Positions 50,901 to 63,729 of a DNA stretch of 64,000 nucleotides are shown piece by piece. The translations under genes and the position numbers were made by a program. Source of the stretch: Lama guanicoe (Eukaryota); the NCBI GenBank assembly GCA_013239625.1, contig MU053934.1, positions 8,081,352 to 8,145,351 of the forward strand, written 5' to 3'. A model generated the notes under the pieces. That model was given only the letters and a program-made list of their open reading frames with translations. It had not been told where the DNA came from and did not search any database. Position 1 is the stretch's first letter, and every line of letters starts with the position of its first letter.

Positions 50901-50962
50901 AGCGGGATGCCTTCGACACGCTCTTCGACCATGCCCCTGACAAGCTCAGCGTGGTAAAAAAG
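50901..50962 (+). CDS. PARVB: PARVB coding exon 9 (62 nt): (E)RDAFDTLFDHAPDKLSVVKK
   Basis: cttgtctgcag acceptor; AAG|gtaagc donor. Confidence 0.97.
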
Positions 50963-53460
50963 GTAAGCTCTCCGAGGGGGTGTGTTTCCTTCCCGTCTCC
51001 CTCCAAACTCCGTGCTGGGAAGAAGGTGGGAAAATGTTTGAAAAATCTCTGAAATGTTTGCCACTTGGATTGAAGTGTAATTATAGTCAAAAGCGTAACT
51101 ACAGTGCATAAAATTGGCGCCTTTTAACTCAGCATCTCCGCTCCCGGGTACCTTCCTGTCCACCCGCCCCGCTTCTGTGGAGTGAACTACCAGCCAGCGC
51201 CGGGGGGTGGTTCATTCCGAATGAAGGCTTTTTTTTTTTTTCATGTGGAAATGTTTTTCGGCGCGGCAGCCTGCTGGCTGGCACTGGCCGCCTTACCTGG
51301 AGCTGCATTCACGACGTGCCTGGTAAACAAGCAGGGCTCTGCTGGCAGTGCTGTTCCGTGCTGCATTTGGCCTGGTCCCCTGAGATGGGAGCACGAAGCG
51401 GGAGGCCCTCCCTCCGCCCCGGCCGTGTGCTGGTCAATCTATGATAGGAAAAAACTGGCAGCACGAGGCTCTGGAGTTGGGGGCTGGGGAGTGGTGGGCT
51501 TCTGGGGGGATCTGCCGGGAGGGCTGGTTCTCCCCCAAAAGGAATGGAGACGCTTCTCCCCGCACATGGAATTACCTGAGCGCCTGCAGACCTCGCATTC
51601 AGGGAGGCAGCGGTGGAGCAGACGAACTTCCCCTCCTGCCTTTAAAATCTTGACCTCTGGGAAAGCCCAGAGCTTTGTCTAGGGTGATTTCCCCAAACAG
51701 ATTTCTTGATGCAGGACTTCTCAGAGCCTTTAATATGCTGACAAGCATTGGGATTCTCCCAAGAGGGCGCTTGGTAGGCAGCATTTTCCAAACTTGTTTG
51801 TCTGCAGTGAGATCTGTTTATTTATTTTGAGGTAGAACACATTAAATCCCATGGAAGCTGCATTTGGAAAATGCAGATCCAGGTTGGGACAATGAGATTT
51901 TTAGTTTGTGAAGCACTTTGCAAAACGCGGGCAGAACCACCCAGTGATCCTCCTGGGGCGGAGCCTTCTTAGCATCCTTGGATCGTGAGCGACATACCCC
52001 TGGGCCTCAGAGCAGTGCCCCCCACCCCAACCCCGGCCACATCCGGCCCCCAGAACCCTGGCAGAACCCGTTCCATGGATGCACAGGAAGAGGATTCAGA
52101 TCTGGCTCCCCACTCCTCAGCTGTGTGACCTGGCAGATTATAGCCCCTCGTCCCAGGTTCCCCACGTGTTGGGACAGAGGCAGCCGCTGTGAGTGCCATG
52201 TGCACTGGGCCGGGGCCCAGCGGGAAGAGGGCAGAAGATAGACAGTGTGAATATGATGTACTGTGACGTTCATCTTTCACTAGATCTGGTGCTGATTCGG
52301 GCTTTGAAAAGCACATGTGGCACTGGGGGCCCCAGTAAAGACCGACACAAAATCCTTTGATTTGCCTGATGGCTTCCTCACCTCCAAATTGAAAATTGCT
52401 GTGTCAGTGGCTCCCGTACCCCAGAATGAAAGTAGGGGGACCCTGTCTACCTCTCCAGATCCCTCCAGGGTCTCTCCCATCGCACCCCCATCCAGCCTAG
52501 GCCAGAAGATCCCAGGGGTTCGCACATGTGTATGTGGCCTGGGTGGCCTGGGTGGCTGCCCCGCCCACTCCCCCCACTCCCGTCTCCCACATGGCCCATT
52601 CTCAGCCCAGCTCAGATGCTCCCCCGGCCCGGCGTCTTCCAGGGATCCACGCACCTCCCACTGCGTGTGCATCACCCCCCCCACTGCGTGTTTCACATGC
52701 TTTGGGGTATCTCTCGATTTCTCCGCTGCCTCCGCTGGGTGTACATGCGGAGAGTCATGCCTCCGACTCTTCAGGCTGGGGCTCTGTCTGACTGTCTTGT
52801 GTCCCCGGCACCGAGCAGAGTGCCTGGCACATTTGGGTACAATGAATAAGGAAGTGACATCATGTGCAGGGCAGGGAGGGGTGGGGTTGGTACTGAGTTT
52901 CCATTAAAGTTGGGTTTGGAAGCTACAGGGGGCAAGTTTTAAACGTTTGCCAGAGAGGAGAAGCCAGTGGTCCTTGGTACGTGCCAGAGCTCAGAAGATC
53001 CCTGCCCACCTCAGCTGAAGCCCTGGGTAGAGTCGGCTTTACTGAGCCTGAGATGGGTGTGGCCCGAGGCAGCCTTCCTCCCTCAGTCTCTTGTAGTGCA
53101 GGGTCGTTCCCAGGACACATGTAAACATTTAATTCCCTCCGCTGACAGTCTTTTCCTTCTTGAGGGCACTGATTGTCTTCGGTAGGGCTGTTAAATATGG
53201 TGCGAGCGTGGATCCCGTGCACGCCCGCCTTGTGCATCGGGACGTGCGTGTCTCCTCCAGCTGGGCTGGATTGAGGCATCATCCCGTTGAAATCGAGGGT
53301 TGTTGTGAGAACATTTCACTTTAAACATGAGCCTTTTATTTTAGCAAACAGAGGAGACTGTGGAAGCATCTCACCAAGCCACTGATGGCAGGCGTCGAAT
53401 CCGTCTTCCCCCGCGGGAGCTGAACCTCACTCACGTTCCCGTGTGTCTTTGCCCCCACAG

Positions 53461-53529
53461 TCTCTCATCACGTTCGTGAACAAGCACTTGAACAAGCTGA
53501 ATTTGGAGGTGACGGAACTAGAGACCCAG
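53461..53529 (+). CDS. PARVB: PARVB coding exon 10 (69 nt): SLITFVNKHLNKLNLEVTELETQ, CH2 domain
   Basis: tctttgcccccacag acceptor; CAG|gtaagc donor. Confidence 0.97.
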
Positions 53530-53700
53530 GTAAGCGGTGTTCCGGGCTGAAGGATCCTTTGTCCTGGGCCATTTGCAGCCAGCTTTCTGAGCCCAGCTGG
53601 GCCACGTGAGCAAAACAGACACCACTGTGTTCGTTGAATAAGGACTGCCCATCCCGTAGCCAAAACAACCCCCGACGTGCTGGCCTTCTCCCAGACCCTC

Positions 53701-54138
53701 TGTCTTAACTTCTTAGGGCTGCCGGGACAAAGTACCTTAAACACAGACATTTCTGTCCTCTCAGTCTGGAGGCCAGAGGTCCCAGATCAATGGGTCAGCA
53801 GGGCTGGTTCCTTCTAAGGACCGAGGGGGAATCTGTTCCAGGTCTCCGCCGGTTTTTGGCGGCCTCCTGGCGACTCTGGGCGTTGGCTGGGTCTTTAGCT
53901 GTACCACCCCCGTCTCTGCCGTCATCTTCACGTGACATTCTCCCATGTGGGCGTCTGTGTCCAGATTTCCCCTTATTGTAAAAGCACAGCCATGCTGACT
54001 AAGGCCCGCCCTAATGACTTCATCTTAACTCGATTACTTCCGCAAAGACTCTATTTCCAAAATGAGTTCCCACTCACAGGTTCGGAGGGTTAGGGTTCCA
54101 GCACAGCTTTTTGTGGGGGAGACAATTCATCCATCACA
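53701..54138 (-). mobile_element. MLT1 (B/C-like) solo LTR
   Basis: ttagggctgccgggacaaagtacc...cagtctggaggccagaggtcc...gacttcatcttaact...gcaaagactctatttccaaa. Confidence 0.8.
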
Positions 54139-54529
54139 CCCTCTGAGGTGCCCCCTCACTGCCCCTCAGCCTAGGATGTTCTGGCCCCTCTACTTCCGTT
54201 CTCCAAGGCTGTCCTACACTTAGCGCGTGGCCAGCACCTAGCAAAGACTTGCTAATATCCCACTGATGAGTTTGCACAAAATACTTCTCCTGCAGTGAGT
54301 ATATAGAGCACACCCCCACCCCCACTCAGAGCTCAGTGGCATCGTGAAAAGACGTTTCGAGCGCTTGGCAAGCATTAAAGACAAAATATAATTTTCCCAG
54401 GATTAGCTGGGTGCTTGAATTTGGCATCTTTTGAGTTCTCGGTGCAGATTTCTCTAATGCGCGGCTGATCCTTCTTAAACCCCTGGGTGATTGCATTCGT
54501 TCCTTTCTCTTTCTTTAACTTTTCTCATT

Positions 54530-55490
54530 TGCTTTTCTAATTAAAAAAGTAATTCAGGTTCATGGTAGAACTGTCTAAAAATGCAGATAAGCAAAACAAA
54601 TAAAAATCATCCGTAATCCCATCATCACCCAGAGATAACGGTGCTGGGGGCTTCGTTCCACATCATTTCTCTACACGGACGGCTTGTTACGTGCCGCTTG
54701 GTTCTGTGTTTGAAAGCCAAATGGTCCTTTTGAAAGCCTAATGTGTCTGTTTATTTGTGCATTGTTTGCAAATGCACTTTTTGTTTTAGCAGTTTACTAA
54801 TATTGCGTATTTAGCCTCTGATTATTTGCAGTTTGACATACTAACTGTCCAAAATCTACTAATTGCAAAGGAACGATCCTCCTTTCTTCTCCCTACCCCC
54901 CAACCTCCCCCGTCATCCTGTCCAGAGGTAACTAACTATAATTAGTGGTTGGATGTGCATTTTTCTAGATGGTTTGTGTGCTGACATGTATTTTTTGAAA
55001 TGTCGATGGACCATACTGTAGTTGTTTTGTGAAGTGTTTTTTGTTATGAAATACATGGTGGGCATCCTTTTATGTGAGTGTGCGTGTGTTTCTGTCTCAT
55101 CCTCTTCGTGTTGCCTGGTCTGTCTATAGGCTTCACTTTTAACAGCTGCCTTCTATTCCGTCCCAAGGCTGTGCTCCATTAAACCATCCCTCATGATGGC
55201 GCGTTTCCCACTCTTATAAATAGCTGTACAGGGGGCATCTTTGCACACAGCTGCTTGTGCCCTTGTTGACCTCTCAGGACAAACTCCTAGCAGTGGGGTC
55301 GTTAGAGCAAAGGCAGGTGGTAACACAGAGGGCCCAGGAAAGTTTGCCCACTGGAAACTCCATCGGCAGCGTTGAGAACCCACGTCCTCGCCAGCGGTTC
55401 CCAACTACGGCTTCCCAGGTGGGGCCACACCCCAGTATTAATAGCCAGACATCTTAAACTGAGACTCTAACCTTAAATTTGCATTGATCT
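54530..55490 (-). mobile_element. Highly degenerate L1ME-like fragments
   Basis: AT-rich; cacccagagataac, ccagaggtaacta and aaactcctagcagtgggg motifs. Confidence 0.4.
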
Positions 55491-55664
55491 TTATTTACTC
55501 ATTGTCTCCATTTTTTTCTATCACCACATAATATAAAGTAACATCCTCAAACTATTTTGAACCACTGGTCCACCAGAAAAGATCACTGGCCACAGAAATG
55601 CAGTTTTTTCTTTTGTTACAGAAGACTTTGAGTATTTTTATAAATATGTTCATCATTAAAGTCT

Positions 55665-55831
55665 TTTTTTTTAATTCTCTTTTTAAAGAAAGTTTTATTT
55701 ATTGTATTATTTAATTATTTTATTTTGGGGGGTAATTAGGTTTATTTACTTTTTAGAAGAGGTACTGGGGATTGAACCCAGGACTTCGTGCATGCTAAGC
55801 ATGTGCTCTACCACTGAGGTACACCCTCCCC
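55665..55831 (-). mobile_element. tRNA-Ala-derived SINE (Vic-1-like) with 15-bp target-site duplication
   Basis: SINE body and tail; TCATCATTAAAGTCT repeated at 55650-55664 and 55834-55848. Confidence 0.9.
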
Positions 55832-56906
55832 TGTCATCATTAAAGTCTCATTGTCCTGGAAGTCAGAGAGACCTGGGCTCAAATTCCTGCTCAGGGTGCA
55901 GGTGTGCATACATGTGTGTGTTGTCCTTTCTTTTTAAAACCACTTTTGTATTGTGGGCAGCTTCCTAGCTCTGAGGCAGTAACTCAGCCTCTCTGGGCTT
56001 CTCCCCACATGTTTCAGCTGGAGACGGTAGATAATGGTGAGGCTCCACGGAGATAATGCATTTAAAATGTTGGTCATAAGTGACGATCAAGACAGCAGTG
56101 ATGGTGTCTTGGGGCTTCTGTGGGGATTTCCATTCCCTGTAGAACCGCACCATGAATTTCTGAGTGAGGGCACCCCAGCTGGGACCACTGCTCTTGTGCA
56201 TGTGGAAAATGGAGGGTCTCACTCATTAGCTGATAAGCCACCGCACTCTGCCTGGCCCTCACCCTCCTGGGGGCCCCATCCCTTCCCCTGCCTTCCCTTC
56301 TGCATTACTGTCTCTCCTACCCGCCTGTGACACGGGGGTCCTGGGGCGGGTGGGTTAGAAGGTGCCTGGGAAACCAGCACCCACTCTGCCGGTGCGCTAT
56401 TCCACCAGCACCACCGCAGCGGGGCACACGTAGTTTTTACAGACCCTTCTCATCTCCTTAAGGAGCTGAGTAAGCGACTTCTTCACGGCGTGGAAGCATG
56501 GACCTCGTGACACCCAGGCAGAGGGTCATTCATCAGTCAGATCACGTTAAACCGGGGCCTGGAACACCTACCTGGGAAGGACCTGCTCGTTGGCACATCA
56601 TGATCGTGTTCCTCTGCCTTGGGCTGTGTTTCTTAGTTTCCCCGTCTCCTCCCAAAGGACAAGGCTTCGGGACATGAGATGCTTAGGATTCTGACTTTTC
56701 ATCTTAATGCCGGGGGCCTTGGCAGCCTGGCTAGGATGGTGGAGGGAGCTGCTGCTGCTGACTTTAAAAAGTCCTCCCTTCTGCCCGTTCCCATTTTACC
56801 CACTGCAGTCGCTGGTCTCGGGAAGCTGAAGGCCTCCTGGGTGTCCAGCCCCTCGCAGCCGTGCCGTTGTCCTGCGTGACAACCTAGCTCAGTGCTGACC
56901 ACTTCA

Positions 56907-57370
56907 TGGTGAAAATGTTCTGTTGCTGCACCATCTGATACATAAGCCACTGGCCATGTGTGGCTGTTGAGCACTTGAAACCTGGCCTGTGCGACTGAGG
57001 AGCTGAATTATTTTTGAGGGGGGAGGTAATTAGGCTCGTTTATTTTTTCTTTATTTAAAGGCGGTACTGGGGATTGAACCCAGGACCTCGTGCATGCTAA
57101 GCATGTGCTCTACCACTGAGCTATACCCTCCCCCCAGAATTATTCTGATTCATTTTTTAAAATTTAAATTTAAGACTTTTGGAGATTGGTTGCACAACAG
57201 TGTGACTGTGCTTAGCATGACTGAAACTCATGCTCAGACTCAAAATGGTTAAAATGGTAAATTTCATGTCACGTATGTTTTACCAAAATAAGTCCGCATC
57301 ATTCAAAAAAGTTTTAAAAAAAATTTCAGTAGGTCCCTGTGGCCAGTGGCTACCAGATTGGACCACACAG
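56907..57370. mobile_element. MER3-like hAT element split by a SINE and an L1 3' tip
   Basis: agccactggccatgtgtggctgttgagcacttgaaa..gcgactgaggagctgaat ... gtggccagtggctaccagattggaccacacag. Confidence 0.7.
57013..57135 (-). mobile_element. tRNA-Ala-derived SINE (Vic-1-like) with 8-bp TSD, inside a MER3-like element
   Basis: Near-intact A and B boxes and AGC anticodon loop; GAATTATT at 57005-57012 and 57137-57144. Confidence 0.88.
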
Positions 57371-58246
57371 TTCCAGACATCTGGAGTCTGGGGTCCTCAT
57401 AAGCCCTGGATCTGCAGGAGACCTCAGGGACACCATGTCTGTCTCTGTGAGGATTAGCGGGTCCTGCCTTCCCCCGAGTGCTGCCAGGCCCTCCTCCTGC
57501 ACCTTGGTTCTCTCCTCCCCTTGGGCAGGTTGTTCGGCCCTCCTCGGTCTCCACTGCTTTATCTGTAAAGGGATCGATCGCTCCCTGTGCTGGCTTACTG
57601 GCTGGAGAGGGTGGGGCCGGCAAAGAGCAGTCCTTTGTTCTAGATTTTTGGCCCCCTCTGCGCGTGGGAGGTGCTGGGCTAGGTAGCAGGTTGGGGGGCT
57701 GGGAGGCTGGGGCGAGACTGCAGCCTGCAGATCAGGGCCCAGTTAGGATGGACACTATGTGCTGGGTGCTCACAAAGGCTCTTTGTCACCACGAAGAGTC
57801 CACAGCATGAACACTGCTCGAAGAAGGGGCTCAGGTAGCTGAGAAAGTGAGAAGGGAGAACAGGGCAGCAAACCCCAAACCAGAACATAGGGCAGCCTGC
57901 AGGTTGTGCATTAACCATGCCAGCAGCTGACCCTGATGAAGTGCTCGCTGTGTGCCGAGGGCTCCCTGCCCCTCCTCTTCGCCGGGTCCTTGCAACAATC
58001 CGGAGAGGTGGGAGCCAGCGCCATCCCCAAGGTCAGGGGTCCGGTCCTGCCCTCCAACCGCAGACACACACGGCATCACGTCCAGTCCCGAGCGCGCTCT
58101 TTGCACCCAAGTTCTTCACCTGATTGCTTTCTTTCCTCAACAAGAGGTGGATTTTTTTTTTTTTAACATTTTCCTCCTTTTAATTGGAGACAGCATTCAC
58201 TGACTCCGTACACGGCCTGGGAACGTCACCAAGCGTCTCTCTGTAG

Positions 58247-58348
58247 TTTGCAGATGGCGTGTACCTAGTTCTGCTCATGGGTCTTCTGGAAGACTACTTT
58301 GTGCCCCTGCACCACTTCTACCTGACGCCGGACAGCTTCGATCAGAAG
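58247..58348 (+). CDS. PARVB: PARVB coding exon 11 (102 nt): FADGVYLVLLMGLLEDYFVPLHHFYLTPDSFDQK
   Basis: tctctctgtag acceptor; AAG|gtatgt donor. Confidence 0.97.
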
Positions 58349-61300
58349 GTATGTGCGGACACTCTTTCTGGGGTCTAGCTGCATTCTTCAAAAAATAAAA
58401 ACTGCCCGGAAATGGTATTGCCATTAGATGCAACTGTCAGGAAAGGAGGGACCCCTGGGCAGTGCCTGATGCAGCCGAGTGTGGTGAGCCCGCTCTCTTT
58501 GGGGTCCTTCCCTCGGGATGATGCCGTTTTTAATAACTGTGCTCAAATGTCAGGGGGATTGTGGGTCCTTCCCCTGTTCGTACCGCACGGACGTCACGTC
58601 TGGTTCTCCTGCTGCTTCGTGAGCTTCCTAAATGCCGTCATCAGTGGGGCACAGAGTCCGTGGAGTGGCTCTGATGCCACTGTCCCCCGTTCCTTCCCCA
58701 CTTTTGGGTGATCAACTTGTTTCTGTTTTTTCCCTGTTAAATCAGTAGGGGATCATCCTGAATGTGTATACATATATGTGTATTTTTCTTCTATTCTTGT
58801 GGATTGTTTTCTAGGACAATCCCTAAAAGAGGATTGTTTCGGTCAAAGGGCGTGACCTTTACATTTGGGATGTCCTTTTCCTCCTGCCGGGGCTTCCCCA
58901 GGTCCAGCTGTCCCCGTGGTGTTTAGTGCGTCGCTTTTAGCAACTTGGCTGGTGGACTGACCATATTGCTTGAACTCAGGAGCATCTGTCATTTCATTTC
59001 CCCAAAGCGCTAGACCCATGAGTCGGAGAGGCAGACAGTGCAAGCGGGTGGCGGCAGCCAGAGAAATGTCGGAAGCTGGGCCAGTGTTTATCAGTCTGCC
59101 CGCTTCTGACACCTCGCGGGCGGTGTGCTGGCGGCCAAGTGTCGCTGCCGCCTTGCCCGCCGTGATGGAATCAGCAGATTAGAGAGGTCCTGGCACATTA
59201 GCATCCGTGGTGAGCCCGCGGAGGGAGCGCGGGTGGGAGCAGCATCGGGTACGCTCGGGGCCCTGCCCATCCAGTGGATCAGGAAACAGGAGGACAGTTT
59301 GGCGAGGGGCTCAGACATCCCCAGGCCCGTGTGGCTGCCAGCTGGGGCTTTGTTTTGGAAAGATCTTTTCTCTTCAGATGAGTAAGAAGGCTGGCAAGAA
59401 GGGTGAATTTAGCCAGGCCATTTGGAGCAGGGTTTCCTTCTGGGACAGGCTCTGTGCAGTGGCAGGGGTGTCCCCATCCAGCCCCAGCCTTTCCCTTTGA
59501 GACGGGATGAGAGTCTCTGCCAGTCGCTGTGCTGGCCTGGGGGGGCTTGGGTCCCGTTCAGTCTCCGGGAAGGGGAGACTGCTGTAGGGGACGGCACCCA
59601 GCCTGGCGCTAGTCCCTGGACCCTCTCGAGGGGACCTGCCGGTGGTGGCTCCGAGGGCTGCTGGAGCTCTCCCTGGAGGATCCCGGAATTCTAGAGGGTC
59701 TGTATCTAACCCTGTTAGCCCCGAGCCCCGCCCCTGGACTCTCCCCAGTCCTGCTCAGAGGGAGCGGTGACATCGCGGCAGCCGCTGGGACGTTCCTCGG
59801 GAGCCGAAGTAGTTATCGACCTCCAGGGCCTCCTGACCGCCTTGCAGGTCGTGGCCTTTCTCCACGGCCTAGACCTGAGCCCACTCCAGGCTGGTCCGGT
59901 GCCCGAGCTCCCAGGCATCTCGTGCAGGTGTGGCGACGTGGGCAGTGGTGACATGGGCAGGGGACCCGTGGGAAGCGCCCCAGGGCCCAAGACTCCGAGA
60001 GGCACTGGGAATCTTTGTATCAGCGGCCTAAGACTAAGGCTCTGTGAATGAAACTGAAGACGCACTGTGGGCTTGTGTTTTTAAACAATTTGCCACTTTG
60101 CTGGGTACCTTGGGCCCATCAGTCATCTTCTGGAAGATTCCACAGTGTCCCTCTCTCTGAGGGTGGAATGTGTCCTGGAGACTTGGGGGTCATTCCTAGG
60201 AGCAAATACCAGAAAGGGATTTGCAGTTTCAGGGGCTTTCCTTTCTGCCTCCCCATCAGATTCCCTCTCCCCGGCGAGGAAATGGGACCTCAGGAGGGTG
60301 GCGTGGTTAGCTGGGGCAGAGCTGGAAGAGCCCCCCCTTTTCGGGACCCTCTACTCCTCTCTCTCGGCCAGGCTTTGGAAAACCCTTTGCGTTGCAGAGA
60401 GAAAGGGCTTCAGGTCCTGCCCGAGGGCGGCTCCCAGGTTTCATTGTGTGGCCTGCTGGGGGTTCTCACTCGATGGGGGTTCTCGCGCTCTGGGCTCACG
60501 GTCAGGGAGGTGGCCCCACATCCTCGTCTGGAGCTGTTTGCTGTTCTTTGTGCCCAGTCCATGGGCCCAGGCTCCGGGCACAGCACTGCTCTGCCAGGGC
60601 AGAGGTCCCCGGGGGTGGGGCACGGCTCTGAGAGAGAACAGGAGGAGGCTGGCAGCAATTTCCTGCCTGGCGGTTTCGTTGGACTGAGAAGAAAGCAGAA
60701 GGAAAATCTCGCTCAAAACCCGTCACTGTTGGGCCGAGTAGCTGCAGGTGGAGCGGGGCGGGGCCTCGGGAACTTAGCCTCGCCGCACACCTGCGCTGGG
60801 GCAGGTCCTGCAGGCTTGGAGGGGCTCGGCACGGGCGCTGGGAGGACGGCTGTCCCCACGCTGGGCTGACGGGCTCACCCGACTCTTGCTCCATTTCTTC
60901 GTCTTTGCCATCCTGGGTCCATTTGACTCAGAGCTTGCCGTGCGTGTGTGAATCAGCTGATCTGCACGGTAGTCAGCTGGTGGCCGAGGAGGCAGGACGC
61001 GCGTGGAGCAAGGGCACAGGTTTCACAGCTGGACTGCGGGGAGCTGGGTGCCGGCTGTCTTGGAGACCTGTGCCTCGCTAGCACAGATGTCCTCATCTGT
61101 TCAGCCCGGGGCCTCCTCTGTCAAGGGAGAGGTTCCAGACCCTCCCCTGCGTTTCCTGGGCTAGTCCCACCTCTGAGGCCCAGCCAGGTGCAGCCCGCCC
61201 CCCAGGCTGGCTCTGAGCCCTGCAGGGGGGCTCTGATGGCCCCTCCCGCTGCCCCCCTCGGCCTTGGACCTGGTCCTGGAGCCTCTGGTCATTTCCAGCC

Positions 61301-62311
61301 CGCCCAGCCCTGGTGTGCGTGGCCTGCCCCCACTCTGGGCCGTGTCTCCGGTGCCAGGGCCCGGCTCCTGTCGATGCCCAGCAGACGGTGGCCTCTGCTT
61401 CTCCTGGTGCCACCATGGCCGGGAGGCTCCCCTGCGGTACCCTGAGCTGTGTGGGCTTGCCTAACTGAGGGTTATTTGCCCAAATGTCCTTTTCCTGGTT
61501 AATTATTAAACCCTATCGCAGGTAAACGTGTTATGTTTCTGATTCGTTTGCACTTAAATCATGAAAATGTTATTGTTTAAAGAGTTGGTATTTGATTACA
61601 AAGAGCCCTGAAGTCCTTCCTAGTTCTGATGTTTGTGATTTATTTTATTGTATTTCTTGGTCCCCCACCCTCACCTCACCCCCACTGGTCTTTGCTGGAA
61701 GCAGACGTCTGGCTGGCTGTGATCTGGTTGATCCCTTGCACTGCACTCTGTGGTTCACGTGGACTTTAGACGCAGCAGAGAAGGCTCTATTTCTAATCTC
61801 CTTGGTGGCCATTAGCAGAATGCAAGCTCCAAGCATCCCTGTGGGCCGAGTGCTGGCAGGCAGAAGTCGTGCGGGGGTGGATGTGTCCACCTTTCTGGGG
61901 CATCAGGCGGGTTGAGGGCCAGGACCTGTGCCCTGCTGCAGCCGCCATCAGCCTGACTTCCATTCCAGCAGTTTCCTCGTCTGTCAAAGGAGGTCACTTG
62001 TCAGGGTCTGAGGTGGAGCAGGCCCTCGGGCGCCCAGTGTGCCTTCACCCCTGTGTCCCCCTGCTGCCCTGATCACTGTGAGGGAGTGAGGACTTCTGGT
62101 GAATGTGCGTTGCCTTCAGCAGCCTCCCTTGTCCTCCCTCTGGTCACCCTGTGCCCTCCCCGGGCGTCCCTGTCCTTGTGGGTGTAGTTATCCCAAAGGC
62201 TCACTCTGTCCACACTTGCTCCCATCTCGTCCGTTCAGAAGGAAAGCAGTGGGCGGCAGGTAGGCCTGAGACCCGCTGCCGACCTGGCGCTAACTCTGGC
62301 TTCCTCGGCAG

Positions 62312-62384
62312 GTGCATAACGTGTCGTTTGCCTTTGAGCTGATGCTGGACGGGGGACTTAAGAAACCCAAGGCTCGCCCTGAAG
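62312..62384 (+). CDS. PARVB: PARVB coding exon 12 (73 nt): VHNVSFAFELMLDGGLKKPKARPE(D)
   Basis: gctaac branch-like motif, then cttcctcggcag acceptor; G|gtaatg donor. Confidence 0.97.
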
Positions 62385-63652
62385 GTAATGCCCTGAGCCA
62401 GGTCTTAGAGGGGCTGGAAGGCCGGCTGTGTCTCTCCCGTCAGGCCCCACGTGAGTGGCTCGCAGGCCGGGCTCTGCCAACCCCGGCTCCCCATGTCCCC
62501 CGTGCTCGGGGTTTCGGGGACCAAGAGGACTGTGCAGGCGGAATCACCCAGGCCAGTCCTTTAGTAGCCACTTGACTTGGAGGACGGGGCCTCTTCCGCA
62601 CGGCCTCAGGATTTAATTGTCCAGGTGCCATTGCTCAGGCTGGAGCTGCTGCTTCATGCCTTGAAAGGATATTAAAGGCTGACCGCAGTTAGAGGACTGT
62701 CGGGTCGACCGGGTCGATGTTCTGAAGCCCAGGCGATGCCCGTGAGCAGAGATGCGGCTCGGTCGTGCCCCGTGAGGTCTGAGCGGCAGTGGGGAGGCCC
62801 CTTGCTGTCCCTCCCTGGCGCTTGTGTTGAATCATCTGTCCCAGGAACCTCTAACTTGCGTGAGCATCTAAATCCCCAGGAGGACTTGGCTCCTCAAGTC
62901 CCGTTTGTAGGCAGTTTCTGGGTGACGCCAGTGCTTCTGGTCCAGGGATCCCACCGTGGGCATCACCACCCGATAGCGATTCACGGATTCCGGCGGGATG
63001 TCTTCATTGTCTCCACACACACACCCTGGGAGGCTTGCCAGCCACTGTTTGACAGCCATCCAGGGACAGGAATTCCATCCTGCGGCCCATGAACAGCCCT
63101 CCCCAAGCCCCTTCTCTGAGGTCACAGGGCAAGCGAGGACAAGAAGCAGGTGCCTGATTTCCAGGAGGACAGTCCCCATCCCACCAAACAAGGTGGCCCG
63201 GACTTACTGGACACCAGAGGAAGCTGTCAGTCCTGGAAGTGCCCTGCCTCGGGCCACATCAGGTGCCCGACCTTGGTGGGATGGAACCGCAGCTCCCACC
63301 TGCCCTGACCCAGGAGCCCGGCCTGGCTGTAGCCAGGGGTCCTGGCATAGAATGTCCCGTGGGTGTTTGGTCCCCAGTAAATGTCCTTGGCTGTCGTAGA
63401 CCCCACCCCATGCAGACTCATCCGATGCAAATCCGAGAGGGGATAAAGAGGCATCCTTGCCATCCCAGGGGCTTGTCCCATCAGGTGGCGGCCTGGGGGC
63501 TCTCCCAGCAGCCTCTGTCTGGGGATGGCGCTACCCAGAGTGTCCTGGATGTATTTAAACAGAAGTACTTTGCTGGGGACACGGCTGATGTCCACGTGTC
63601 TCCCAGGTGCGCACTCTCTCATCGGCCACGATTTCTCTCTTTCCTTCTGCAG

Positions 63653-63729
63653 ATGTGGTGAACCTGGACCTCAAATCCACCCTGAGGGTCCTTTACAACC
63701 TGTTCACCAAGTACAAGAACCTGGAGTGA
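63653..63729 (+). CDS. PARVB: PARVB last coding exon 13 (77 nt including TGA): (D)VVNLDLKSTLRVLYNLFTKYKNLE*
   Basis: tttctctctttccttctgcag acceptor; stop TGA at 63727-63729. Confidence 0.97.

Larger units (their letters stand above)
20474..63729 (+). other. PARVB: Beta-parvin (affixin) gene, coding exons 2-13 with introns; 5'-partial (exon 1 not seen in window)
   Basis: Twelve GT-AG exons of 90+71+103+141+116+59+20+62+69+102+73+77=983 nt join in frame into a two-calponin-homology-domain parvin. Motifs EGKNAIN, KQLEEDLYDGQVLQKLL, MMMGRFERDAFDTLFDHAPDKLSVVKK and FELMLDGGLKKPKARPED match beta-parvin as recalled. Confidence 0.97.

Noticed and set aside
63607..63652. Alternative upstream acceptor for exon 13 (tctcccag|gt) and a +7 acceptor in exon 11 (58253)
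   Set aside because: Both shift the frame, and nothing supports them beyond the AG.
20474..63729. Assignment as PARVA, PARVG or a pseudogene
   Set aside because: Residues match beta-parvin as recalled (EGKNAIN, MMMGRF, MLDGGLKKPK). The frame is intact and introns are present.
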